Assembly (NCBI GenBank): GCA_051362555.1
Contig: CM120643.1
Location: 13,056,644-13,120,643, forward strand
Length of the DNA: 64,000 bases
Source: Lingula anatina
Taxonomy: Eukaryota > Animalia > Brachiopoda
Direction: 5' to 3'
Shown here piece by piece: positions 52,806 to 64,000 of the stretch. The notes under the pieces were generated by a model that searched no databases, was not told the DNA's origin, and saw nothing but the letters and a program-made list of their open reading frames with translations. Position numbers and translations under genes: made by a program. Each line of letters opens with the position of its first letter. Position 1 is the stretch's first letter.

Positions 52806-54939
52806 GACAAACTAAGCCAAATGTTGACTTGTACATTTATTTAGTTCAACATATTTGAAACAGTGAGAATTTTCACATGCAAAATGCTATGTACCATTTT
52901 ACAATGAGTGCCCAACACCTTATCTGTTTTCAGACCTTGTGATTTCAAATCATTTGTATAACAGATGGGTATTTGGATACTGCTTATCAGAATTTTCAAA
53001 ATTTTACGTTACAGTAATGAGTATTTCTGTCCTTGCTTCTCAGACGTGGGGCAAACTTGGGAGATCAGTTGTTGAAAGCTACAAGGAATCTGCAGGCACT
53101 CCACAAAAAGTATTTTATTTCTTTCAGTTTATGTGTGCTTATTATTACACACAGCATTTTGCACATTAACCATGCAGATCCTCTAGCATTTCAAGCGGTC
53201 ATGATCAGTTGGACAGGCATTTTCCTCCTAGTCTGTTACTAGTGAAATGTTGATGTAATTGTTTTCAGGCACCCCTGCCACCCAGAGCCAGCTAGCCAAG
53301 GATGTAGTGACCTTCCTGTCTTGGGCCTCTGACCCAGATCTGGAGCAGCGTAAAAAATTTGGTATAAAGGTAGGTAATTGTCTCGAACTAGGTGAACCTA
53401 CTTGTCACACCTTGTAAAAGTGGAAGGTGTGTTCCTCCAAGTGCTTTTTAATTGGGGAATGGGGGTGGGGCATCACCTGTGTCTGTCATCATCGTCGATT
53501 CTGTGGATGCCCTGTTATACAAATTAAATGAAAACCTTCTGTGGATGCTCTGTTTTACACGTTAAATGAAAACTGCTTAAGTTCAACTGGTCAAGTTCAA
53601 TAATCAGCCTGATCAGATCATTTTTCCAAAAGTTCTACTTTTTTTTTTCCAGCATATTTTATCCACCTTTATGCAAGTTAAATGAAAAACATTTAACCTT
53701 TTGTCTTCAAGCGTAACCCCATAGGTACCGGTTAATGCTGACCCATAAACTTAAGCTGGACCCAATCTATTTTGTGAGCTAGCAATGAAAAGCTGTGTCA
53801 CCTCAGTAAATTGGCCATAATTTATTTGTTTGCCTTTATTACCCATACAAAGTATACATTTTTAAAAAGCCAAGACTTCAAGCTTAATGAAAATGGAATT
53901 ACATTTAAATTTTACATGCAGTATCAAGAGCTATTGTGGCCTTATGTCCCACACGGGACGAGGAGGAATGATGATGATGATGATCAAGAGTTATGCCCAG
54001 TTAAAAACTACATTATTATTAGGTTATGAACGAAAAAAACAACAGATCAGTTTGTCAGATTCGGTCCCTCACTGTGTTTTAGTATCTTCAAATGGAGAAA
54101 ATTGGACAATAAAAATTGTTTAAAAATTTGTTATAAAAATTGTTATAAAAATTGTTTGATATTTTTCTGATCTCATCAATTTTGTAAGTAAATAGTAAAT
54201 TGGTTATTTTGTATTACGTAAAAAGTGTTGAAAATGGACCTTTTTTCCTGTTCTTGTCTGTACATTTGACATCTTTGCCGACTTGTTATTTAATGATAGT
54301 CACTGTGGTACAATTTTATCTGCAAAAAAAAAAAAAGAAAAAATAAACATATTTGCTGTGAAAATAACTTCTTTGCCTACAGTGTATTGTGTAGAAATGA
54401 AAGTAATGTTTGATATGAACTGTGTGTCTTTTCAATCTCAAAGTCTTGTGTACAAAAGGGCCCTGGGCAAGCATATGATATGGCACAGGTGATGAGTAGT
54501 GAAGGCCGTGGTTTTACTGTACATTATGTAATCCTCTATGCACTTTAAAATAAGGGCACTCATTAGCTCAGCACATGGGCCATACATGTTGTTTATGGGC
54601 ACGTTTTGGAAGAAGAAAGTTGAGACCTATATTTACTCCTTGAATGATATTATTTTGAGTTTACTTCTTGTTGTAGCATACAAAAAATGTCAAGACTTAC
54701 CTACTGCACGAAAGATAATTTTTTTTAGAGGTGGATTTTGTTTAAGAAATACTGGTACTAACATTTTTCATGCTTCTTATGTATCTTTGAACATGTAATA
54801 TTGTAATCAAACCTTGTATTTCTTTTCTATTTAGGCTGGGGTAGTCCTATTCCTGATGACACCTGTAGCCTTTTACTACAAGCGTTTCAAGTTTCACACC
54901 CTGTACACACAGCAAATTTTCTGGAAAAAGGGGAAGTAA
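48589..54939 (+). CDS. CYC1: Cytochrome c1, heme protein, mitochondrial (complex III). Exons 48589-48660, 49533-49574, 50346-50497, 51515-51641, 51852-52022, 52606-52753, 53269-53369, 54835-54939
   Basis: Bipartite presequence (basic, then hydrophobic; ANA|[12 protein letters not shown]). Also [16 protein letters not shown] (CxxCH heme motif), [60 protein letters not shown] and a C-terminal TM helix. All introns are GT-AG; AATAAA at 55062. Confidence 0.96.
49675..49735. repeat. Perfect 28-bp-stem hairpin in CYC1 intron 2
   Basis: TTACAAAATGGGGATAACTTATACAATG-GGGTA-CATTGTATAAGTTATCCCCATTTTGTAA. Confidence 0.85.
50925..51139. mobile_element. ~210-bp MITE family, copy 3 (CYC1 intron 3), interior in reverse orientation
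   Basis: The interior is the reverse complement of copies 1 and 2 (gatcgacctaactccctgggg...aatctagtgagactcccc), with the same TIR family. Confidence 0.8.
53471..54287 (+). mobile_element. Old diverged HINE-like copy in CYC1 intron 7, with a nested RTE stub
   Basis: CATCACCTGTGTCTGTCATCATCGTCG resembles the left-box microsatellite, GGTCAAGTTCAATAATCAGC matches the unit core, and the 3' end is TGTCTGTACATTTGACATCTTTGCCGACTTGTT. Confidence 0.6.
53935..53982 (+). mobile_element. Extremely truncated RTE-type LINE 3' stub
   Basis: GTGGCCTTATGTCCCACACGGGACGAGGAGGA plus (ATG)n, flanked by the near-perfect TSD ATCAAGAG(C/T)TAT at 53923 and 53983. Confidence 0.6.
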
Positions 54940-55510
54940 CATCAGTGAACTTAGGCAAAATAATTTAGGGGTGAAAATATGCTTTACAAATTTCAAAACA
55001 AACGAGACATGGTAAAGCCTTTCTTTGGGACTGGTCAGACACAGATCATTTGGATGCTAGAAATAAAATCAACAGAGATACTGGCTTGAATTTGAGCCTT
55101 GGAATATGGCATGTGTACATAATGTAATTACTGACTGGACGGCATCAGGTATTAAGTCTTATAAAAGGAAATGCAAGTTGGATCAGAATTTGGCTGGTTT
55201 TAAAACAACTCTTGTCGGATAATCCTCTGCATTTACTTAATGTGTAGTGATATTTATTTTCAAACTGGTACGGAGGTCTTTCTCATGGACAACAATGGGC
55301 CAAAACAAATTAAAAATGTTGTTTTTCTAGACGCATTGATTTTTAGAATGATTGTTAAGAGTGAAGTGATGTACCTGTTAAAACCACATTAATAGTTCTA
55401 CGAGAAATGTCTTATATTTGCCGTGTTGTATGAAAGATCTTGTTCAGAGAAGTCGGAACCAAACCGGAGTGTCAATAAATGCATCTTCTTTTACCTTCTT
55501 TTTTTGCTTA

Positions 55511-58500
55511 TTTTTATGTACAGACACAGATGTGTCTGTACATATAGCCATCATCTGCGTCTGTCGTCGCCGTCGCCGTCGTCGCTGTCGCCGTCGTCGC
55601 CGTCGCCGTGCACTTTTACCGATAACACGATAAGTGGAAAACCATTTTGCCTTTTGATTTGAAACTTGCAGAACTGATGAATATTCATAATACGCAGGTC
55701 AAGTTCGAAAATCAGCATGATCGGGTCACTCTTAGGGAATTTATGCTGTTTTTTCACTTTTTTCAACATATATGCAGCACCGATAACACAATAAGTGGAA
55801 AACCATTTTACCCTTTGGCTTGAAACTTACAGAACTGATGAATATTCATAATATGCAGGTCAAGTTCGAAAATCGGCATGATTGGGCCATTTTTAGGGAA
55901 TTTATGCTGTTTTTTCACTTTTTCAGCATATATGCAGCACCGATAACACAGTAAGTGGAAAACCATTTTACCTTTTGGCTTGAAACTTACAGAACTGATG
56001 AAAATTCTTAATACGCAGGTCAAGTTCGAAAATCAGCATGATTGGGCCATTTTTAGGGAATTTATGCTGTTTTTTCACTTTTTTCAGCATATATGCAGCA
56101 CCGATAACACGATAAGTGGAAAACCATTTTACCTTTTGGCTTGAAACTTACAGAACTGATGAATATTCATAATACGCAGGTCAAGTTCGAAAAACAGCAT
56201 GATTGGGTCATTTTTAGGGAATTTATGCTGTTTTTTCACTTTTTTCAGCATATATGCAGCACCGATAACACGATAAGTGGAAAACCATTTTACCTTTTGG
56301 CTTGAAACTTACAGAACTGATGAATATTTATAATACGCAGGTCAAGTTTGAAAATCAGCTTTATCGGGTCATTTTTATGGAAGTTATGCTATTTTTTCAT
56401 TTTTATGTACAGACACAGATGTGTCTGTACATATAGCCGTCATCTGCGTCTGTCGTCGCCGTCGCCGTCGTTGCCGTCGTCGCCGTGCACTTTTACCGAT
56501 AACACGATAAGTGGAAAACTGTTTTTTCTTTTGGCTTGAAACTTACAGAACTAATGAATATTCATAATACGCAGGTCAAGTTCGAAAATCAGCATGATCG
56601 GGTCACTTATAGGGAATTTATGCTGTTTTTTCACTTTTTTCAGCATATATGCAGCACCGATAACACGATAAGTGGAAAACTGTTTTACCTTTTGGCTTGA
56701 AACTTACAGAACTAATGAATATTTATAATACGCAGGTCAAGTTCGAAAATCAGCATGATCGGGTCACTTATAGGGAATTTATGCTATTTTTTCTCTTTTT
56801 TCAGCATATATACAGCACCGATAACACCATAAATGGAAAACCATTTTACCTTTTGGCTTGAAATTTACAGAACTGATGAATATTCATAATACGCAGGTCA
56901 AGTTCGAAAATCAGCGTGATTGGATCATTTTTAATAAATTTAGGCTATTTTTTCTCTTTTTTTTCAGCATATATACAGCACCGATAACACCATAAATGGA
57001 AAACCATTTTACCTTTTGGCTTGAAACTTACCGAACTGATGAATATTCATAATACGCAGGTCAAGATTGAAAATCAGCATGATTGGGTCATTTTTATGTA
57101 CAGACACAGATGTGTCTGTACATATTGCCATCGCCTGCGTCTGTCGTCGCCGTCGCCGTCGCCGTCGCCGGCGCCGTGCACTTTCCTTGTAAACACGATA
57201 AGTGGAGGGCAGTTTTACTTTTTGGCTTTATATTTACAGAGCTGATGAATATTCATAAAACGCAGGTCAAGTTCGAAAATCAGCATGATCGGGCCATTAT
57301 TGTAGAAGTTATGCTGTTTTTTCACTTTTTAGCATATATGCAACCCTGTAAACACATTTTAAGGAAAACCGTTAGACCTGTTGTCATGAAACTCACAGGA
57401 GTAATCAATCTTACTAAAAAGCAGGTCAAGTTCGAAAATCGGCATGATCGGGCCACTGTTTTTGTAGTTATGCTGTTTTTTCATTTTCCATCATATATGC
57501 AACACTGTAAACACAATATAAGAAAAACAGATAAGCCAATTGTCATTAAACTCACAGGAGTGGTCAATCTTACTAATTCGCAGGTTGAGTTCGAAAATCA
57601 GCATAAACGGGGCATTATTTTAGAAGTTATGCTGTTTTTTGCAAATTTCCTCAGATTCAACTCTTAGGCATGTAAACAATCTCATTATTGAACTAATAAG
57701 ATATGTAAAAGTGTTTGTTTGACATTTCCTGCATCTTTACAACATTGTTAGTTGATTATGTAAAAATGACGGTAAACTTGTTATTGTGTATTGTGTAATA
57801 AAGTGTCAGAAATGGAAATAAACTCATATCATAGCAGTTTGTCAGATTCAATCATTCACTATGTTCAGAATCTCAGAATGGAAGAAATTGGACTTTTAAC
57901 ACTGCTCTATTGATATTTTTCCCATCTCAGCAATTTTCTTAGATGATCATATAAAAATTGCAGTAAACTGTTTATTTTGTTTTATGTTAAAAAAAGTGTT
58001 TAAAATGGAAACAAACCCATGTCAGAACAGTGCTGGCTTGTTTCACTTTCCTCAGATTCAATTCTTAGGCATGTTAACAGTCTCATTATTTAACTAATAA
58101 GACATGCAAAAGTGTTTGGTTGACATTTTCTGCATCTTTACAACATTATTAGTTGATTATGTAAAAATGATGGTAAATTTGTTATCGTGTATTGTGTAAT
58201 AAAGTTTTAAAAATGGAAATAAACTCATATCATTGCAGTTTGTCAGATTCAATCATTCACTATGTTCAGAATCTCAGAATAGAGGAAATTGGACATTTAA
58301 CACTGTTGTATGGATATTTTTCCCATCTTGTCAATTTTGTTAGTTAATCGTATAAAAATGGCTGTAACCTGTTAATTTTGTTTTATTTTAAAAAAATTGT
58401 TAAAAATGGAAAAAAAAACATTTCAGAACAGTGCTGTCTTGTTTTCATTTTGGCATTTTCAAGTTGTGACTTTGAAGTTCCATGGGCCTGAAGACCTTTG

Positions 58501-60445
58501 CTAGTCACATTTTCTGAATGTCCATGATACTAATATTTTATTATTAAAAATTGATGGTCATTATGCTTTTAAACATTATGTAATATTGCATCAAAATTTG
58601 AAAAACACCTATTTTGGGCACTGCTCCCATGATGACCATTTAAGAAAAAACATGTCACTTACTGTTCTTAAACAGTACAGTAAATATGTACAGATGTGTC
58701 TGTACATATTGCCATCACCTGCGTCTGTCGTCGCCGTCACTGTCGTCTTCGCCGGCGCCGTGCACTTTCATTGTAAACATGATAAGTGGAAGGCAGTTTT
58801 ACTTTTTGGCTGTATATTTACAGAGCTGATGAATATTCATAAAACGCAGGTCAAGTTTGAAAATGAGTATGATCGGGCCATTATTGTAGAAGTTGTGCTG
58901 TTTTTCACTTTTCAGCATATATGCAACACTGTAAACACATTTCAAGGAAAACAGATAGGCCTGTTGTCATGAAACTCACAGAAGTAATGGATCTTACTAT
59001 AATGCAGGTCAAGTTCAAAAATCGGCATGATCGGGCCACTATTTTAGTAGTTAGCTTTTTTTTTCATTTTTCAGCATATATGCATCACTGAAAACACAAT
59101 ATAAGAAAAACAGATAGGCCAATTGTCATTAAACTCACAGGAGTGGTCATTCCTGCTAAAACGCAGGTTGAGTTCAAAAATCAACATAATCTGGCTATTA
59201 TTTTAAAGAAATGCCGTTTTTTTCACATTTCCTCAGATTCAACTCTTAGGCATGTTAACAGTCTCATTATTTAATTAATAAGATACGTAAAAGTGTTTGT
59301 TTGGCATTTCCTGCATCTTTACAACATTATTAGTTGATTATGTAAAAATGATGGTAAACTTGTTATCGTGTATTGTGTAATAAAGTTTCAAAAATGGAAA
59401 TAAACTCATATCATTGCAGTTTGTCAGATTCAATCATTCACTATGTTCAGAATCTCAGAATGGAAGAAATTGGACATTTAACACTGCTGTATTAATATTT
59501 TTCCCATCTTATCAATTTTCTTAGTTGATCATTTAAAAACGGCAGTAAACTGTTTATTTTGTTTTATGTTAAAAATTGTTAAAAATGGGGGAAAAAAAAT
59601 TTCAGAACAGTGCTGTCTTGTTTACATTTTGGCATTTTCAAGTTGTGACTTTGAAGTTCCATGGGCCTGAAGACCTTTGCTAGTCACATTTTCTGAATGT
59701 CCATTATATTAATATTTTATTATTAAAATTGATGGTCATCATGCTGTTAAACATTATGTAATATTGCATTAAAATTTTGAAAAAAAAAAACTATTTTGGG
59801 CACTGCTCCCATGATGACCATTTAAGAAAAACCATGTCACTTACTGTTCTCAAACTTAGAGGAAAGAAACATGGGACTAAAATACAGCTTCAGTAGGCAA
59901 TGCAATCTGTTTGGTAATTCTTACTGCCAGTTAAACAGTTTTTTTTGTGAAAATTTAATTTTCAAGGTGTGACTTTGAAGTTCCACGGGCTTGAAGACCC
60001 ATGCTAGTCACATTTTCTGAAAATCCATGATACGTATATTTTATTATTAAAAATTGATGATCATAATGCTGTTAACCATTATGTAATTTGGCATCAGAAT
60101 AGAAGAAAACACAATTTTGGGTGCTGCTGCCATGATGACCATTATGGGAAAACCATGTTACTTATGATTGCCAACTTTTCAAAATAGAAATACAGGACTA
60201 TAATGCAGCTCGAGTTGGAAAAGCAGTCTAATTGGCTTCTTTTTCTGGAAGTTATACATTTTCAAAGTGTGAACTTTTTACACATTTTACTTACATTGGT
60301 ATTACCTGTTGAGCATAATTAAAATTTGATGTTGAATTTGCAGTTTAATATAATGTACTTTTGCATCAGAATTGACAGTAGCCTATTTTGTGCATAGTTA
60401 TTTCCTGTTTTTTGTCTGTACATTTGACAGCTTTGCTGCCTTGTT
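55511..60445 (+). mobile_element. Composite Helentron-associated (HINE-like) element / satellite array
   Basis: The left box is TTTT plus the palindrome TATGTACAGACACA-GA-TGTGTCTGTACATA plus (GTCGCC)n; it recurs at ~55511, 56401, 57094 and 58684. Tandem ~161-bp units follow (CGATAACAC at 55620, 55781, 55941, 56102, 56263), then longer ~400-bp and ~330-bp units. There is a single right end: TGTCTGTACAT plus hairpin GACAGC-TTT-GCTGCC plus TTGTT. No Rep/helicase ORF is present. Confidence 0.8.
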
Positions 60446-61430
60446 TAAGTATACAGTTCAAATGAGTATTCCAAAATCGCACTTCTATTGGTAACTAACT
60501 TGACAAATACTTTGGGCTCGCGTAGCTTAAATGTTTTCAGAAAGTGAAAGTAGAAATAAATCCCAGCTGGTGATGCATGGTCGTATAGTGAAGTGCGATA
60601 CTCTGTGAAGAATAAGTGTGACAGGAATTGTGGTCCTAAGAATGGACATCCGCCCCCTTCCCCATTATTACTACAGATTAGTCTGAGGATTGGGGTTAGC
60701 ATGTGGGGCGAATGTCACCTGTACAAAATAATCGGGAACGGACTTCGGCTCCTAGTGGACTGCCATTCCTGTCACGCCGTTGTTGCAAGATTGAATTACA
60801 CCTGAATTGTTTTATGGGGGGATACAAGCCAAGACTGACCAATGCGGTCCATGTGAACAGTACGTCATGTGCGTGTGGTCCGCTCCAGTCAGTCTCCTTC
60901 CACTTAAACGTGCGCTTGAAGGGGAATCAATCCCAAGTTCGTATATCTGGGAGTTGCTTGTCTTGATTTATTAGATTGATATTTTACGTAAGATTTCAAA
61001 TTTATGTATTTTTCTTTGTTTCTGGAGAGAATGACGCATTAACAGTAAACTGCTTGGCAGTGAAAGTGGCTTTGATGTCTGCGTTTGGCACAAACTGGCG
61101 CGCGTGGCCATTGTTTGATATATCAAATGTAACCGTTATTTACGCTAGGAGTAATGGCCATTTGGCGTCATTTTTTATATAAGATATGAGTCCTAGCCTA
61201 GGTTGGGGCACTAGAGGTTGGAATAAATTAAAATGAACAACAGGTGATTTGTACATTAATTGACAGATTTGCTTTTCTCGGGGTGTTTATGTTTATTTTG
61301 TTTTGAATAAAATCGAAACAGACCAAGATCTGGTTTAAAGAGTCGGGTAACTTGCGATCCGCTGAAATATCTGTTGGGACGAGTTCATTCTAGGCAAAAC
61401 TTCGTTCAATAAGAAAATTCATCTAGAGCG

Positions 61431-62459
61431 ATGCAAAAGTTAACCATTATCATCTGGGCGGCTATCTTGCTGTGTATCGTTTCACGGACTCATGGTTTTT
61501 GCTTCTTGTTACAAAACCGGAACACTCTAGGAAAGATCGCAGGTACGTCTGTTTAGGTTCGCCATGAACATATATCTGCTTCTCAACTTTTCAAAAGTTA
61601 AAACAGCTGATGTATTGAGAGCAGTTACGTTTTCTCTATTCGTATATGTGCAGTATTTTAAAAATGTTTAAAATACTGTGAGCTAAACATTACATCCTCA
61701 ACTATGTCAAATTGTTTAACTTGTTGCTTGTTACAGCATTGATAGCCTTAACTGCGCCTATATGTCAGTGTCGAAACTTCGTTTATGTGAAAATATTTTA
61801 AGAAAAAAAGCAAAATAAGTACAATTTTAGCAAAAAAATTAACGTGTTTTTCACAACGCACTGGCATTTCAATTCGAGATATTCCTTATTTATCATCCTT
61901 TATTTTTCTCCGTTCTTTTCAGTCACGTGCAGGTTACCAAGGACGCTGTTCCTTCTCGGAGAAACCAAACGACTGAAGCACGACGCGTGCGCCATGTGCA
62001 CGTGCAAGAGAAACGGGTTGTACTGTTGTAGGTGGGTTAATTTTCTTTTAAATATCATGCACGCACTAATCCGCCTGCGCGTGTGGAGGCACCCACGTTT
62101 TTGCATTATGTGCGTCCGAATGTCTGCAGTAACATGCGAGCGGGTTGAGCGAGTGCGAGTGTGTTGTAGCGTGAGCATGGATGCGTATGCTCTTGTTAAT
62201 TAATAGATGTCATGTCAGCACATGTAAAGATGTTGCATACGTATATGTTTATATGAGGGAGTACGAAAAGATTCGAATACATTTTAAGTGTATCTATTTA
62301 TTATCTTCCAGCACGCGGGGTCCGCTCCCACGCAATGTGCCTTCTGACTGTAAAGTGGTGCCGGCCCCAAACTGTGACTACAACGTGGTGAAAACTAAAG
62401 ACGAAAGCAAGGATTGTTATACTGGGCGTCTTTTAGTGACGAAATATCGACATTTCTAG
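61431..62459 (+). CDS. Small secreted beta-microseminoprotein/PSP94-like protein. Exons 61431-61542, 61923-62031, 62312-62459; possible extra first exon 61233-61243
   Basis: Signal peptide MQKLTIIIWAAILLCIVSRTHG|FC. The mature chain has 10 Cys in the PSP94 pattern (C...C...CxxCxC...CC...C...C.Y.VV.......C). Introns are GT-AG, phases 1 and 2. A TATA-like TATATAAG lies at 61176. Confidence 0.8.
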
Positions 62460-64000
62460 CTCTAACAATGCCTGAGTAGGTCTGCACTTGAGAGCAAGAC
62501 TGGTTTTCCAGAGAGTACACGTGCGATCGCAGTTGTTGATTTACTGGAGCAATTAATCAAAGCAAGGGGTGCATTTATACTAAATGAGTCTGGGTAAACA
62601 ACATTTAACACCAAAAATTACGTCATAGAATAATTACTTTGTTTTTCCTTACCCGGAAAATTCTATGTCACGGAATATTAATTTTGTTATTTGTTTTTAT
62701 CCTCCTTAAAACAAATGGGAACTTAATTTTCATTGGAGCATTGAAGCATTACAGATATTATAATTTTTTGATTACTTTGATTGGCAAACCTCAACACTGG
62801 TTCGGTTCTTGTAGACCCCCCCCCGCCCCCGGTAAAAAAAAAAAGGAAGCTACTCCTGGAGTCCCCCTGTACTGCTGGTGACATCCTTAGCAAAGAGGAA
62901 GCGTACTTCAAGTTAATAGTAGGCACACAGTTAGGATTCCTATTACTGTTCACTGGATGATGATTTAAAGGGTTTCAATATGCTAAGCTGAACTGTATTG
63001 GATGAAAATGGCCTTTTTAGGCTACTATGCAATATTTCAGGACTTAATGCGATATGCACAATAAATAGTCATTGACATATTTTTCATATTTTTATAGTGT
63101 CATTAAAATTCAGTCAATTCGATTTCATCATTTATTTTTGATTTAATAGTCGACACAGAATGATGTATAAAATAGTACATTGTATCAAATAAAACATCTA
63201 GGTATTATATCTTTCTTGTAATTTATCTTCCTCCTTTATCTTCAAATATTATTCTCTTATATATATATACAGCATGATATATATTTGCTTTATTCATTGT
63301 AACGTATGCATCTACATGGATAGATGAAAATGTACAAAAGGAATGCAAATATAAATAAATATGAATTATGTTAAATAGTGATATTGTACTACTACTTGTG
63401 AGAAAAATACAAAACATATTTGGCAGAGCCCAAATGGCTATATATGAAACAATTTCCACAAAAGAAAGTTCACTGGAAATAATCAGTGAGATATTAAAAG
63501 GATAACAACTTCATTTTGTCCAAAAAATGAAATTATCTGGGGTAAACGACAACTTTCCCACCAATGGTTAATGAATCCAGTTCTACATTCAAAGTTAGTC
63601 CTTGTTTTATTTTCTGAAAAGATTGTTTTTTGTTACAGAGAATAGCCATCCGATGTCCGATGACAAGCACAGATTTCAGAATAAAACTATAACTGCCGTT
63701 TTTGTGGTAAAATAGGATATATTATATTTATATGAGCTGAGTTGTTATCCCTTTAATTTAGGGCATGACTACTCAACAGGTCAGACAACTTTTGTAATTT
63801 CCGTTTTGTAAACTGTGGAACGGCAATAAGCTGTAACGGTAATTATGGTAGATCGTGTTTAATTTCGTCCGGTTGACCCGCCATTCTGGCGTATATAGGT
63901 GCTGTTCAGAAAACCCGCCCGTGCAGTTCTTGCAGCCAACGACTGATCCACACCAAGATGTCTGTTAAGTCGCTCAGTTTTATTTTCCTTTTCTCTGCCC

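Noticed and set aside
55620-57090. Regularly spaced repeats resembling a CRISPR array
   Set aside because: Whole ~161-bp units are repeated with no unique spacers, the context is eukaryotic, and there are no cas genes.
57083-57667. 194-aa ORF and related ORFs at 55418-58972
   Set aside because: These are translations of the tandem satellite units and GTCGCC microsatellite, with no recognisable domain.

Overview
AT-rich, intron-containing animal genomic DNA. The repeat families and gene set suggest a marine invertebrate, possibly a lophotrochozoan such as a mollusc; this is inference. It is not prokaryotic, and I saw no operons, CRISPR arrays, rRNA or tRNA. Six spliced genes could be built by hand: beta-type syntrophin (minus, runs off the window start); FAAP24 (plus, head-to-head with syntrophin); an orphan class A GPCR (plus); GPAA1 (minus, 12 coding exons); cytochrome c1/CYC1 (plus, head-to-head with GPAA1); and a secreted 10-cysteine beta-microseminoprotein (PSP94)-like gene (plus). 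Most short ORFs in the track are spurious. Main observations: (1) GPAA1 has a minor-spliceosome (U12) intron with apparent AT-AG ends, plus a separate GC-AG intron; (2) GPAA1 and CYC1 are neighbours, as I recall they are in human; (3) a ~4.9 kb Helentron-associated (HINE-like) composite element carries a ~161-bp satellite, and deleted copies of it lie in nearby introns; (4) there are several MITEs, RTE-LINE stubs with target-site duplications, two long hairpins, and possible decayed gene fragments at 29-34 kb. All exon coordinates and homology calls were made by eye, with no database searches.
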